From: an uncultured Acidobacteriota bacterium
Lineage (GTDB): Bacteria; Acidobacteriota; Blastocatellia; RBC074
DNA: 64,000 nt
Direction of reading: 5' to 3'
NCBI GenBank assembly: GCA_963796275.1
Contig: CAWCKY010000001.1
Location: 1,248,001 to 1,312,000 of the forward strand
In this document: positions 10,501 through 20,720 of the stretch, piece after piece
Numbering within the stretch: the stretch's first letter is position 1
How the letters are laid out: each line of letters opens with the position of its first letter
The notes under the pieces: generated by a model
What the model saw: only the letters and a program-made list of their open reading frames with translations
Told to the model about the DNA's origin: nothing
Databases searched by the model: none
Position numbers and translations under genes: made by a program

Positions 10501-13500
10501 GTGTCCTGGAAACTGTAGAAGTCGGAGTTCCGGATCTGAGAGCGAGCGGCGTTGGTCCGGATGGTCTCAGCCTGTGAACCGCCCTGCGGCGTCAGGTTGC
10601 GAACGGTCAGATTTTCGATAGTCCAATCGTTGGCATCCACCCAGATTACGCTGCGCGAGTTCGGGTTGAAGTTCGCGTTATTTGCATATGCGATGACCGT
10701 CTCCAGCCGATCTTCACCGCGCAAGGTGATCAGCGGCCTATTGCTGTTGATGCGTATCAGCTCTTGATAGAGGCCTTTACGGATGAAGATCAATGTGCGC
10801 TGGGCATTGCCCGCCGGCACGAAATCGATCGCTCCCTGAACCGTGGCGAAATCTCCGCTACCGTCGGACGCGACCACCAGCGTCGTCGCCCCAGCGGCCG
10901 GCGCAGATGCGCTGGTGCTGAACCGCCATGCGTCCTGTCCGGCGATCCCTGCGAAAACGCCGTTCGCCGTCCTGAAGACCCCTGGATCGACCGTGACAAA
11001 ATAGGTTTTGTTATAAGAGAGCGCGACGTGCGGCGTGATGAGCGCGGTATTTCCACTCACAATCACGGGTAGATAGTTATATACGCTTCCGCCGATCGTC
11101 TTTGTCTGGGAAGGAACCCCCAGATCGATCGTATCGACAACCTCGGTCGTCGCGGCATCGCGAATTCGGATGAGGCCATTCGCGCCCAGCAAAGGCGCAA
11201 CCCCAAATGTGATCTTGAGCGGCGCGTCGATAGGCAGGTTTGACGCGCCGTCCGACGGGAAGAGAGAAGTCACGGCGAGGGCGGGATCGATCACGGTGAG
11301 CGTCGCCGCAGGACTGGTCACCGATCCGCCCCCATTGCTCACCAGTACGGAGTATGCGGCGGCATCCGCAGCCTGCACGTTATTGAGGATGAGGGCGTCC
11401 GCGGTTGCGCCGGGAATATCCACGCCATTCTTTAACCACTGATAGGTTAATGGAGGCGTGCCGCCCGCGACCACGGAGAAGAGCGCGGTCGAACCGAGAT
11501 TGAGTGTCTGCGAGACCGGTGGCGTGACGATTGAGGGTGGAGAGATAACCGTCAAAACGGCCGGGGCGCTCGTAACACTGCCGGCAACGTTCGTCACATT
11601 CACGGTATAGCTGCCGGCGTCAGCTGGACTGGCGCTGGCGATCGCGTACGTAGCATTTGTAGCACTCGCGATCTCAAGGTCATTCCTGCGCCACTGATAG
11701 CTGAGAGGTGGGGTGCCGGCAGCCATAACCGTGAACTGCACCGCTGCGCCAGCGACCACAGCCGCGGAAGCCGGTTGCATGGTGATTGTCGGCGGCACGG
11801 GCGAGGTGGTGACGATCAACGTCGCCGGATCGCTCACTGCCGAGCCCGCGCCATTACTTACGATTGCTGTATACGTGCCCGCATCGCCGAGCTGGACGCC
11901 CGGTATGCTCAAAACCGGTCCGGTCGCGCCGGCGATCTCCGCACCGTTCTTCCTCCATCGATATGAAAACGGCGCGCTGCCGGCGACTGCGACGGTGAAC
12001 TCCGCAGGCTGTCCGACCAGAATCGTTTGCGACTGCGGTTGTAATGTGATGACTGGTGGAGCGAGGTTGACCACCACCGTGACCACATCGCTGGTGATAC
12101 TTCCAACAGGATTGGTCGCCGTGAAGGCGTAGCTTCCGGAGTCGGCGACCCGGACATTGCTGAGCGTGAGCGTCGTGCTGGTGGCGCCCGCGATCGGAAC
12201 TCCGTCCTTGCTCCATTGGAATGTGAGCGGGGCGCCCCCCGAAGCCGCGGCTGTGAGAGCCACGCTGTTGCCCTCGATAACTGTCGCACCGGTCGGCTGT
12301 GCGGTGATCGCCGGCGGAGCGAGACCTAGAGTCGCCGAAAGGTTTTTAAACGTGATCGATGAGGCGAAGTTTGAGCTTCCCACACGCCAGCCGAAGTAGT
12401 CGAAAGTCGCGTCGGGCGCCCCGCTGGTCTCCGTGGTCGAGAAGTTGTACGCATCACCCAACGGATCGCCCGCAATCGATGCGGTGAGACGAGTCTCCGT
12501 CGCAGAGAGACGCGTCAGCGAATAGGTCAGGACGTAATCGGTGTTGTCCGCAAACGACCGAGCCGTTCCTCCCCCAGCCCCGATCGTTGTGAAATCAGCG
12601 CCGGTGTTGAAGACGTTGTTAGAAGTGGTTGTCGTCCTTCGGTTGAGTGTGAAGGCAGTGCCACCCCCGACCGTTGAGATAGAGGTGAAGAGACCGTAAC
12701 CTGTGTCGCCGATGTAGGCCGCGTTCGATGTGCCGCCATTATCTGCCGGCCGCGAACCCTTGGAGTCGAGGATACCGAATCGAAGCCCGGGCGACGGTGA
12801 CGCGATCGCAGCCGGGTTGAGGCCTGTAAATGAGAATGTGACGCTCACGTTCAGAGTGTCGCCTATTCCCAGCGTGACGGGCGAACCCGCGCTCGTGAAA
12901 TAAGCGGAGATCATGTCCGCGCTCGTCGTGTTCCAGGTGAATTGAGCCGAGCCAGTTGTTACCGCAGCCGCAGTGCTGCCCTGAGCCTTGAGCCACGTGG
13001 CGGAGGCTGGCGGAGCCATCGTGAGGCGTTCACCGTCCGCGAAATCGTCGCTCATAACTACCAGGCCTGCCGGCGAGGTAACGCTGAGGGCTGCCGGCCT
13101 GCTCTCGATACTTCCGGCGGAATTGCTTACGACGACGCTATAAATGCCGGCATCGGGTAACTGGACGTTCGTGAGCCCAAGCGTCTCCGTCGTTGCCCCC
13201 GCCATTGCCGCCCCGTTCTTCCGCCACTGGTATGCTAGCGGCGGCGTGCCACTCGCCGCAACGGTAAGACTCGCACTCGATCCGGCCAGAACCGCCTGCG
13301 AAACGGGTTGCGTGATGATAGCCGGCGGAATATCAGGCTTCGACGCCAATGCCACTGCCGATGTCACGATCCGGTTCAACCCCTTCTGATCCCACGAAAG
13401 TATCATCGTGCCTGGGGGGCCTCCGGTTACTGCGGCTTGAGTCGATCCTGCGATGCCGAATCTGCTTCGCACCGCTGTGAACCGTTCGAGTTGGTTCGAT

Positions 13501-14117
13501 CCGGGTGTGAGCTCAATGGTTCTGGTGCTCTCGCACGCCGCGATATCGACGACCCATGAGTTCGCCGGCGCATCGATCGTAGTCCTTATCGGTCCCGTGT
13601 CGATGTTCCTGGCGTTGGCGGCGACCGCCGCGGGCGCGCCGGGCTGGACACCAAAAAGCGATACCGCTCCTCCTGCAGCCACATCGATTATTCCGGTGAA
13701 ACTGACCGAGATTTCGTAAGAGCCAGGCGTGGGCAGCTCAGAGCCGGTCAAGTAGAATATCTGCGTCTCCAATGCAAGTAATCCCCAAGACACGGCATGA
13801 GAATTCGGTGCCGCATGCATCGAGACCCCATTGAATGTCACCGTCGCGATGCCGCTCTTGAAGAGGATGAAGTCGTCGGTCGATACCGCTACAACCAGTG
13901 CCCGATCAAGGCCGCTGCCAATAGCATGGCTCCAAGAGATCGAACGCGTGTTTCGGGCGACCCCCGAAGAACTGGAGCCGTCGAACGTGATTCCCGCCGA
14001 TGCCGGCGTTGCAGCGAAGATCAACAAGAGAAGTGATAGAACAAGCTGAAACTTCCCGGCGAACGAGCGAAATAGTCTTATACGGTGAGTAATCACCTCG
14101 AAGCTGGATATCTTCAT
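7590..14117 (-). CDS. Secreted multidomain pectin-degrading enzyme: ~9 Ig-like repeats, Big_5-like domain, pectin methylesterase (CE8) and pectate lyase (PL1)
   Basis: Signal peptide. Repeated PxIxxQP...YQWxKxG...DAGxY Ig units. CE8 motifs DGSGDFATVQGAID, FQDTL, IEGDVDFIWG. PL1 motifs VWIDH, QRTPRMRFG. Confidence 0.9.
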   Translation of the reverse strand: MKISSFEVITHRIRLFRSFAGKFQLVLSLLLLIFAATPASAGITFDGSSSSGVARNTRSISWSHAIGSGLDRALVVAVSTDDFILFKSGIATVTFNGVSMHAAPNSHAVSWGLLALETQIFYLTGSELPTPGSYEISVSFTGIIDVAAGGAVSLFGVQPGAPAAVAANARNIDTGPIRTTIDAPANSWVVDIAACESTRTIELTPGSNQLERFTAVRSRFGIAGSTQAAVTGGPPGTMILSWDQKGLNRIVTSAVALASKPDIPPAIITQPVSQAVLAGSSASLTVAASGTPPLAYQWRKNGAAMAGATTETLGLTNVQLPDAGIYSVVVSNSAGSIESRPAALSVTSPAGLVVMSDDFADGERLTMAPPASATWLKAQGSTAAAVTTGSAQFTWNTTSADMISAYFTSAGSPVTLGIGDTLNVSVTFSFTGLNPAAIASPSPGLRFGILDSKGSRPADNGGTSNAAYIGDTGYGLFTSISTVGGGTAFTLNRRTTTTSNNVFNTGADFTTIGAGGGTARSFADNTDYVLTYSLTRLSATETRLTASIAGDPLGDAYNFSTTETSGAPDATFDYFGWRVGSSNFASSITFKNLSATLGLAPPAITAQPTGATVIEGNSVALTAAASGGAPLTFQWSKDGVPIAGATSTTLTLSNVRVADSGSYAFTATNPVGSITSDVVTVVVNLAPPVITLQPQSQTILVGQPAEFTVAVAGSAPFSYRWRKNGAEIAGATGPVLSIPGVQLGDAGTYTAIVSNGAGSAVSDPATLIVTTSPVPPTITMQPASAAVVAGAAVQFTVMAAGTPPLSYQWRRNDLEIASATNATYAIASASPADAGSYTVNVTNVAGSVTSAPAVLTVISPPSIVTPPVSQTLNLGSTALFSVVAGGTPPLTYQWLKNGVDIPGATADALILNNVQAADAAAYSVLVSNGGGSVTSPAATLTVIDPALAVTSLFPSDGASNLPIDAPLKITFGVAPLLGANGLIRIRDAATTEVVDTIDLGVPSQTKTIGGSVYNYLPVIVSGNTALITPHVALSYNKTYFVTVDPGVFRTANGVFAGIAGQDAWRFSTSASAPAAGATTLVVASDGSGDFATVQGAIDFVPAGNAQRTLIFIRKGLYQELIRINSNRPLITLRGEDRLETVIAYANNANFNPNSRSVIWVDANDWTIENLTVRNLTPQGGSQAETIRTNAARSQIRNSDFYSFQDTLQLNGSAYVENCYIEGDVDFIWGNASAYFLNSEFRNVRSDSYFVQARTPQNQPGFVYVNCRFSASTGVTGTFLARIDPNVFPDSQVVHINSAMGSHISPAGWLLNNATSSSTVRFWEYRSTGFDGALLDVSQRISSSRQLTDAEANQWSDPTFVLGGWVPQTSPFIKSPPMSQTLSAGQDAIFTVGASALPEPSYQWSKDGVAIPGATGPMLLLPAVEAGAAGDYRVTVSNSTGSATSAAATLTIVSDSGAPMIVTQPIPNVATIGDAVTFSVTASGSPMLSYQWLKDGAPIAGAINATLARAGLQLSNSGYYSVKISNGVGSISSAPALLTLRATPIASPVSILAQPVSRVAFAGDTVTFNVTSRGIPPPSYQWLKDGSPIPGATAPSLVLSDVQLNSSGSYSVVVTNTFGFLASEPATLTVFTRGALIDQQPQSRLGSIGDTINFTVVAHGSGGTGTINYQWRKNGADIPGATSSTLTLQNVQPTDTGFYTVLVSSLSEATLSATAILSVTDPATQLPPLATFVMEGFATIGQMGGQGGGQGGGQGGGQGGGQGGGQGTTGGGLVDPSDTSHYKVIDSTTPDPAQTLQMYLQSADPLVIELRTDVDLGALNNQNQSRRPLINPELIASNLGVIRVASNKTLFSDRGATIRHGILNINGTQNIIIRNLKFRGLWEWDDVTQGAYDLQGWDFIEISGGRNVWIDHCDFAKSYDGQVDVVRGADLVTLSFNRFTGDLENEVTNQINYLESLYQANPDDSRISYYRSLRQAGQSVQQIITHEIPQDKTSLVGNGDDAGATDAGRLNVTYHHNAFILVRQRTPRMRFGNAHVYNVMVDDIASAPFPGTQTAVNSTTNAAVLVENSEFLEVRTPLAFSNGGRITQRGSVWQLNGAPTPFDPARLNPVDPDALVWNPPLGFTWIDLTKLPYNYTLSPPDFVRANPSQIGTITPANVIDQALLRSYLPLTTIFVP
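8821..8892 (-). repeat. 12-bp coding tandem repeat encoding (GQGG)n linker
   Basis: TGGCCACCCCC(C/T)-type unit, about 6 copies, at the start of the PL1 domain. Confidence 0.9.
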
Positions 14118-14641
14118 GGACTCACAGTGCCTGGCTAAATTTGAATTTGTTTTATCTTGTGACTAATCGTGCAGCCAATTCCTCCCATCTACACCCCTTC
14201 CGTTTTGCGCACCATAAATCGGTAGATGAGGCAATGCCCTGAAATCTATCGGGCATTATATGAGACTCAACAAGAAGAACTGATCAGTGAAGAAAAGTCT
14301 TGCATTATCGGTATATCCGCCATTCTCATCCCGTCTCCCATTCGACTCAAGATTTGTGAGGAAGCTTGCCCTAAACCTGATCAGACATCGCTAGTATTTG
14401 GTTAATATGCATGACCCCATAAAACTTATCCGGTATTTGTCTTATTGCGCAACAAATACTCCTAACCTCATTTTTTGTCAACATCAATTTCCTCATTTCG
14501 CGAAGGAAATGTTATGAAAGGGGCCGATGCTATAAATCACCGGGCGAGCGGGCCTCCGATTACTCCGATTACTATGAAATCCGCCCGTCCGGAGCGAAGA
14601 GCTTTCCCCTCATTTTTCGGGGCTTGTTACGGATTGAGCCT

Positions 14642-15004
14642 TTTCCTTTCCGGACACACGATTTCTGACCGCCTGAAGGCGGAAACACGGATATTGCGTT
14701 TGGAGTTCCGTGTTTCGCGGTCTTCCTTTCCGCACGCGATTTCTGACCGCCTGAAGGCGGAACTCCGAACACGGATATTGCGTTTGGAGTTCCGCGTTTA
14801 CGCGGTCTTCCTTCCGCACACGATTTGACCGCCTGAAGGCGGAAACACGGATATTGCGTTTGGAGTTCCGTGTTTTGCGGTCTTCCTTTCGCACACGATT
14901 TGACCGCCTGAAGGCGGAAACACGGATATTGCGTTTGGAGTTCCGCGTTTACGCGGTCTTCCTTTCCGCACGCGATTTCTGACCGCCTGAAGGCGGAACT
15001 CCGA
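14642..15004. repeat. BIME-like array of alternating inverted REP units (~75-85 bp period, ~4.5 units)
   Basis: GACCGCCTGAAGGCGGAA occurs 5 times, alternating with the inverted variant GGAGTTCCG(C/T)GTTT..GCGGTC. Linkers are near-identical. Confidence 0.85.
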
Positions 15005-15021
15005 GCTCGTTTTCTTTATCG

Positions 15022-17286
15022 TTAAGGGACGCGAATCTCGTCTATGTTAGCCAGGTCCTGGCCATTTGATTGAAAGATGATTTGGTTTCCCCCGCCAGGA
15101 GCGAGGTTTACGTTCACCACTATCCCGGCCCAGGTCGTCCACGAACCTGTCGGGTTAAAGGTGATGCTTTGTGGCGCTCCGTTGATGATCAACTGGCCAG
15201 TGCGCGAGGTGGCCACACCCAACGCATAACGAATTCGCAAGGTTGTATTGCCGCCCGATCCGCCATCAACGGTATTGAACTGCAGGAAACCGCCATTTAC
15301 CGAGAAGTTGACGTAGCCTGTGCCGTTGAATCCACCGTTGGTAGACTCAAAAACGGTGCCGCCGCCAAATTGCGCCGATTCCGCCGGGAATATTGTTGAA
15401 CTGGGCGGAGGCGGGCCACCGACCAATACAATGTTGGGTGTCGGCGGTGTGCCCATTCCGTTGCCCAAAAAGAAGCTCGGGTGCGGCGGCTGGTTATAAG
15501 CAGTATTCTGCCAGGCAATCGCAACGCGGTATTGTGCGTCGTGCATCAGCGTGTATATGCGGTTGTTTGCGACCGCAGTCGTGGTATAGATGCGCAAGGC
15601 AGTGTTCCCCTCGTTGAAAACTACCTCTTCGCGCCAGTCGCCCAAGAGATCGGCGGACAAATTCGGGGTCGCTTTGGTGCCGTTGATGGACGACGCGCCT
15701 GAGGCGGTAAGCAAACGCGTATCCCCGCCCGTGCCATATTTGTCGATGTGGTTACTGTCGAGCAGCTCCCGCACAAAGTCGCCGTCCCACCAGATAAGAA
15801 AGTTGACTGAGCCGGGATTGCGCCCGACGTTCCCGCCGAAGGCGTTAAATAGGCTGTTCATGCCTTCGCCGGCGCCCCAGAACTCGGCGCCTCCGTTACC
15901 GGCGTAGACGTCGCCCGCGACGCCGCGGCCCGGCCCTTCGCAGTTGCAGTTGTTAGGTATGGAGAAGAGGATTGCACCGTTGTTGGCATCGCGGAGAGTG
16001 GCGGCGGGACCTGCGGAGCCTTCGTGGATCTGCCAGATTTCCAGGCCCGGGCGCGTTGGGACGAGGTCGCCAACGTGCAGGGCGTCGCCGTGGGCATAAA
16101 AACTTGTCGTGTAGCGCCCGCTGCCGTTCTCATTGAGAGTCATACCGCCATAGATGATCTCCTGGCTTCCGTCGCCATCAACATCAGCCACCGAGAGCGA
16201 ATGATTACCTCTTCCCTCCCAGTTAGAACCGGAAGTGGCGCTGTTGAAGAGCCACCGCAAGGTCAGATTGCCGTTGCGGAAGTCCCAGGCTGCGATCTTA
16301 GAACGTGCATAGTAGCCTCGCCCCATGATAATGCTGGGACGCTGGCCATCTAAATAGGCGGTGCCGGCCAGGAACCGATCGCCGCGGTTACCATAATTGT
16401 CTCCCCAATCAGCGATGTTACCGCGGGCCGGCTCAAAGTTGGCCGTGGCCCTCACGGCGCCGGTCTGACCGTCGAATACAGTCAGAAACTCAGGACCGGT
16501 GAGTATCCGACCGGCAGTGTTGCGGTGATCTGCGTTAACATTTCCGATGACCTGGCCCGTCCCGCTGCGTGTGCCATCGGCGGTCTTACAGACTACCTCG
16601 GCTCTGCCGTCTCCATCATAGTCATAAACTTGAAACTGCGTATAGTGCGCGCCTGCGCGTATGTTGCGACCTAGGTCTATGCGCCACAGACGTGTGCCGT
16701 TGAGCTCGTAGGCATCAATAAAAACGTTGCCTGTATAGCCGTCCTGCGAGTTGTCCCGCTGATTGGATGGGTCCCATTTGAGGACGATTTCGTATTCACC
16801 ATCACCGTCGAGATCGCCCACCGAAGCATCGCCAGGGCTGTACGTATATGACTCGTTCGCGGGAGTTGTGCCGCCGGCCGGGCGTTGTAGCGCAACGCGA
16901 ATATAGTTTTGTGTAAAAGCGTTGGCCGGCAGTGTGTAAGAAGGACTATCGGCTTGCTCTACCCCATTAACCACTGCGCGCACGAAGTACCTGTTAGATT
17001 GGCTCAGGTTGGCCGTTCCGTCAACGAAGTTGGTGCTCGATGTTACCGTTGTACTGTTGAGTCTGGTAACCGCCCCGCCTCCTGTCGAACGGTAAATGTT
17101 AAATCCGATGTTTGCCGTCGCCTCTGTACCTGACAATCGCCATCCGACATACACCTGCGTGCTGCCGGTGCGAACTGCAACAACACCGCGACTCAAGTTC
17201 TCCATCTGATATTGTGCGAATGCAGCGCTCGCACAGAAAAACAACACTCCGATAGCTAACAACATTTTCGGCTTAGTGGTGTCCAT
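15022..17286 (-). CDS. Rhamnogalacturonan lyase, PL11 (YesW-like), with C-terminal CBM35-like module
   Basis: QMENLSRGVVAV, DLDGDGEYEIVLKWDP, NIRAGAHYTQF, GNHSLSVADVDGDG, NQPPHPSFFLG. C-terminal AESAQ..GFNGTGYV..NID CBM-like tail. Confidence 0.92.
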   Translation of the reverse strand: MDTTKPKMLLAIGVLFFCASAAFAQYQMENLSRGVVAVRTGSTQVYVGWRLSGTEATANIGFNIYRSTGGGAVTRLNSTTVTSSTNFVDGTANLSQSNRYFVRAVVNGVEQADSPSYTLPANAFTQNYIRVALQRPAGGTTPANESYTYSPGDASVGDLDGDGEYEIVLKWDPSNQRDNSQDGYTGNVFIDAYELNGTRLWRIDLGRNIRAGAHYTQFQVYDYDGDGRAEVVCKTADGTRSGTGQVIGNVNADHRNTAGRILTGPEFLTVFDGQTGAVRATANFEPARGNIADWGDNYGNRGDRFLAGTAYLDGQRPSIIMGRGYYARSKIAAWDFRNGNLTLRWLFNSATSGSNWEGRGNHSLSVADVDGDGSQEIIYGGMTLNENGSGRYTTSFYAHGDALHVGDLVPTRPGLEIWQIHEGSAGPAATLRDANNGAILFSIPNNCNCEGPGRGVAGDVYAGNGGAEFWGAGEGMNSLFNAFGGNVGRNPGSVNFLIWWDGDFVRELLDSNHIDKYGTGGDTRLLTASGASSINGTKATPNLSADLLGDWREEVVFNEGNTALRIYTTTAVANNRIYTLMHDAQYRVAIAWQNTAYNQPPHPSFFLGNGMGTPPTPNIVLVGGPPPPSSTIFPAESAQFGGGTVFESTNGGFNGTGYVNFSVNGGFLQFNTVDGGSGGNTTLRIRYALGVATSRTGQLIINGAPQSITFNPTGSWTTWAGIVVNVNLAPGGGNQIIFQSNGQDLANIDEIRVP

Positions 17287-17779
17287 AGTTCCTCCTGATG
17301 AATTTTCTGTGCATCCTCATTTCTAGTCTTCTACCGCGAGACACTAATCTATCTACTCAACAGCAGTCGTTTGTTGTCGCACAGTACAAAACTTCAGAAA
17401 GAGGAAATCCGCAGACTTTATAGGCGCTCGTGGGTTTTCCGACGGTAAAGCTAACCGCAATGACCTGGTACTCACCTAGAGGTTACCGACGGCTGTCCTG
17501 ATTTTATTGGCTTTTCCAGGCTTCCAGGTAGCGGCTTTTTATGACTGAAATCTTCTGATCTATTCCAAAATACGCGTGCATTTTAGGCTAAAATGCACGC
17601 ACGTCAAGCGCAATTTGTTTTGATGTAGGAATAGATAGACAGAAGCGGTTGGTGTCGATAGGCAGGCGAAGGCTCGGATTGTTCGCAATTTTACTGCTCC
17701 CCTACCTAATCGAGCGCACTTATTGCAGGTTGATTTGAGGGAAAGATATAAGGGAAAGCCTTCCTCTATTTTTAGCGAA

Positions 17780-19000
17780 ATGGCATTTAAATATCGCCGG
17801 TTCAATAAGTCGCACTGGCTGACCTCTACCGTCTTCGGTATCGGGATGGCGTCATTTTTCAGCGATCTCAGCCATGAGACGGCGACCTCGGTACTACCTG
17901 CGCTTCTTGCTTCGATGGGAGTGGCAGCTGGCGCACTCGGAACGATCGAGGGTGTTGCTGACGGTTTTTCAAGTGCGGCCAAGCTCTACGGAGGTTGGTT
18001 GTCCGATCGACTTCAGCATCGCAAGCCCCTTTGCGCATTCGGTTACGGAGTGATGGCTATCGCCACAGGAATCATCGCTTTCGCAACGACCTGGGTTCTG
18101 GTGCTGGTTGGTCGTAGCCTCGCCTGGATCGCACGCGGTTTGCGCACACCGGCTCGCAAAGCGCTGCTGGCTGAAGCCGTTACGCCGCAGACGTACGGAC
18201 GCGCCTTTGGCTTCGAGCGCACGATGGACACACTCGGGGCGGTCGTTGCGCCGCTCATTTCACTGGGATTGTTGAGCCTCGGACTGGTTCACCGGCAATT
18301 GCTCTGGATTTCTGTGATTCCCGCATTGCTTGCGGTTGCCTCCATACTTTTCCTGGTGCGTGAAACGAAGGATCGTATACCGAGCCCGCATCCATTCCTC
18401 GCATCAATGCGTGGTCTACCAAAACGATTCATACGGTTTCTTTATGGGGTTGGGTTATTCGGTGCGGGAGACTTTGCGCATTCGCTTATGATTCTCTACG
18501 CAGTGGCGGCCATCACGCCAAGGCTGGGCGCGGCAGGTGCCGCATCTGTCAGCGTCGGTCTCTATGCCCTCCACAATCTGGTTTATGCGGGCGTCTCTTA
18601 CCCATCGGGCGTGCTGGCGGACCGAATGAACAAGCGTCTTCTACTTGCCTTTGGTTATGGGCTTGGCGCGGTGACGGCGATTCTGTTTGCTCTCGGAATC
18701 AGCTCCTTGCCGCTACTGGCTCTCGCCTTCATTTTGGGCGGGGCTTACGTCGGCATCGAAGAGACCTTGGAGGACTCACTCGCCGCCGAACTGTTACCTG
18801 AGACGATACGGGGCACGGGGTTCGGCACTATGGCGGTCGTTAACGGCATGGGAGATTTCGTCAGCAGCCTCTGCGTAGGTTGGTTATGGGCAGTCTTCGG
18901 TCCGGCGGTCGGATTCGGCTTCGCAGTTGCGCTAATGGGAGCGGGTGCTGCGGTCGTTTGGATAACTAGTAAGCGTCCCGGCATCGCGGGTGAAGCGTAA
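17780..19000 (+). CDS. MFS transporter
   Basis: SFFSDLSHE, GWLSDRLQHRK, GRAFGFERTMD and multiple TM segments; start codon uncertain. Confidence 0.88.
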   Translation: MAFKYRRFNKSHWLTSTVFGIGMASFFSDLSHETATSVLPALLASMGVAAGALGTIEGVADGFSSAAKLYGGWLSDRLQHRKPLCAFGYGVMAIATGIIAFATTWVLVLVGRSLAWIARGLRTPARKALLAEAVTPQTYGRAFGFERTMDTLGAVVAPLISLGLLSLGLVHRQLLWISVIPALLAVASILFLVRETKDRIPSPHPFLASMRGLPKRFIRFLYGVGLFGAGDFAHSLMILYAVAAITPRLGAAGAASVSVGLYALHNLVYAGVSYPSGVLADRMNKRLLLAFGYGLGAVTAILFALGISSLPLLALAFILGGAYVGIEETLEDSLAAELLPETIRGTGFGTMAVVNGMGDFVSSLCVGWLWAVFGPAVGFGFAVALMGAGAAVVWITSKRPGIAGEA

Positions 19001-19159
19001 TTTTCAAGTGTAGATTGTAAAGATTACGTCCGTAGCTCTTAGTCTACGGCACGAGGACACATCCTGTAGAACTTCGACTCGCGCATTGCCCGCAGCCGGT
19101 TCAAGCAATATGGACAACTCCTCGGACGCAGTTCGTAAGCTTCTATCCCATTTATTTAA

Positions 19160-20566
19160 TCACTTCGTCGCTGCGCCGTTGAGCAATTCCGTGAATGGCC
19201 TTCCCTCCGGTTCTGGGAGCTTCAGTTTTAACAAACTTGCAATGGATGGGGCCAGATCGATCATCCGCGCCAGAGGCATCTTCGCGCCGCTTCGCACGCC
19301 CGGCCCGTAAATGATCAGCGATGCGCGCATCCGAGGGTCGGTCGGAAGGTAGCCGTGCGTTCCTTTGTATGTTTCCCCGGAATCGCGCACTTCCGCTCCG
19401 GTCAGCGTGTCGTCGAAGGAATATCCCGGGGCGGCTTCCAGCATCAGCGCCGCCTGGGGGACCGCTTCCATCTTGCGAAGTTCGTTGCGTGTGACTATCT
19501 GTTTGATCGGGCTATTTTCCTCCTTCGCCCATTTGGAGAAGATGGCGTTGACCTTCGCTTCGGTCTCCTTGTCATTCGTGTCCTTCAAGATTATGGCGCA
19601 TGAACCGCCCGCGGGCCACGATGCAGCCTTCCACGCCGTTGCCTTTCCCGCCGCGTCGAGCGTGATCAATCCTTCTTTGGCCAACGGCACGTTGGGCGAG
19701 AAGCGCTTACTGATACTGGCGAAACCGTGATCGGAGACGATGAAGAAAGTCGTCCTCTCGAAGATGCCGGCCTGTTTGGTCGCTTCTAGGATGCGACCAA
19801 TGTACCCGTCTTCGCGCTCGGCCATTTCGATGCCGGGTTTCGTACGAGGACCGTTGCGGTGGTGCGTGCCGTCCAGTTCGATCAGATGAAGCAAAAGCAG
19901 GTTGGGGCGATAGTTTTTGATGATGAACTCGCTAACCGAAGTCAAGCGCTCATCAACGCTACTGTCTTTCTTCAGATCGGGTCCGAGCGCCTTCTCCAGA
20001 AGTCCCGGCGTTGAGTGTTTGGCTGTCCACTTCCACGTCGGCGGATTTTCGCCCGGTTCGAAAATCTCCGGAACGTTGTAATCGATCTCTGCGTCCACCG
20101 TCACGGGCCAACCGACGGCGGCGGTGGTAAGCCGCGCTTTCTTAGCGACCGTCCAGAGCGTTTCCGCCGTCAGCGCTTTTGCGTACCAGTACCAGTATCG
20201 CGTCTGCGGTTCACTCGGAGCTTCGAAGATGCGGTTTTGGACGATGCCGTGCGCCGCCGGCCGCAATCCGGTCACCATCGTTGTATGCTGTGGATAGGTC
20301 ACCGTAGGATAGACTCCCTCCATACCTTCTGCGTATGCGCCGCCCTGTTTCATCAGTGTCAGCGTCGGTACGCGCAGCCCCAGCTTCTCCGGGGCGGTGT
20401 AATAATCCGGCGGCATGCCATCCACCGAAATCAGTATGACGTGATCCGGGCGCTGGGCTTGTGTCGTTTGGCTGGCGCTCAACGCCTGGCCAAAGTCGAT
20501 GATCGATCCGCACACGAGCAGCAGAACTGCCACCGCTGTTATGCATGAACGAAGTGCTCTGGTCAT
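19160..20566 (-). CDS. Ectonucleotide pyrophosphatase/phosphodiesterase (alkaline phosphatase superfamily), exported
   Basis: ILISVDG, PTVTYPQHTTMVTG, DGTHH, VSDHGF, THGY motifs; signal peptide. Confidence 0.9.
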   Translation of the reverse strand: MTRALRSCITAVAVLLLVCGSIIDFGQALSASQTTQAQRPDHVILISVDGMPPDYYTAPEKLGLRVPTLTLMKQGGAYAEGMEGVYPTVTYPQHTTMVTGLRPAAHGIVQNRIFEAPSEPQTRYWYWYAKALTAETLWTVAKKARLTTAAVGWPVTVDAEIDYNVPEIFEPGENPPTWKWTAKHSTPGLLEKALGPDLKKDSSVDERLTSVSEFIIKNYRPNLLLLHLIELDGTHHRNGPRTKPGIEMAEREDGYIGRILEATKQAGIFERTTFFIVSDHGFASISKRFSPNVPLAKEGLITLDAAGKATAWKAASWPAGGSCAIILKDTNDKETEAKVNAIFSKWAKEENSPIKQIVTRNELRKMEAVPQAALMLEAAPGYSFDDTLTGAEVRDSGETYKGTHGYLPTDPRMRASLIIYGPGVRSGAKMPLARMIDLAPSIASLLKLKLPEPEGRPFTELLNGAATK

Positions 20567-20720
20567 AACCGTTCGCTCCTTATCTATGTTGTATATATGC
20601 TGTGCAATTGAATGTGGCGCGATGGTAAGGCATGGCACTCATGCAGTAAAGCTTTCACCAATCGCTGCAAGCGTGTTTCAGATATCCGAATAATTCCTCT
20701 ATGCTGAGCATGGTTATGTT

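Noticed and set aside
14642-15004. Possible CRISPR array
   Set aside because: The 'spacers' are near-identical to each other and no cas genes are present; it fits a REP/BIME array.
17390-17545. Possible riboswitch upstream of the PL11 gene
   Set aside because: Some pairing potential, but I cannot match any known consensus; it needs an Rfam search.
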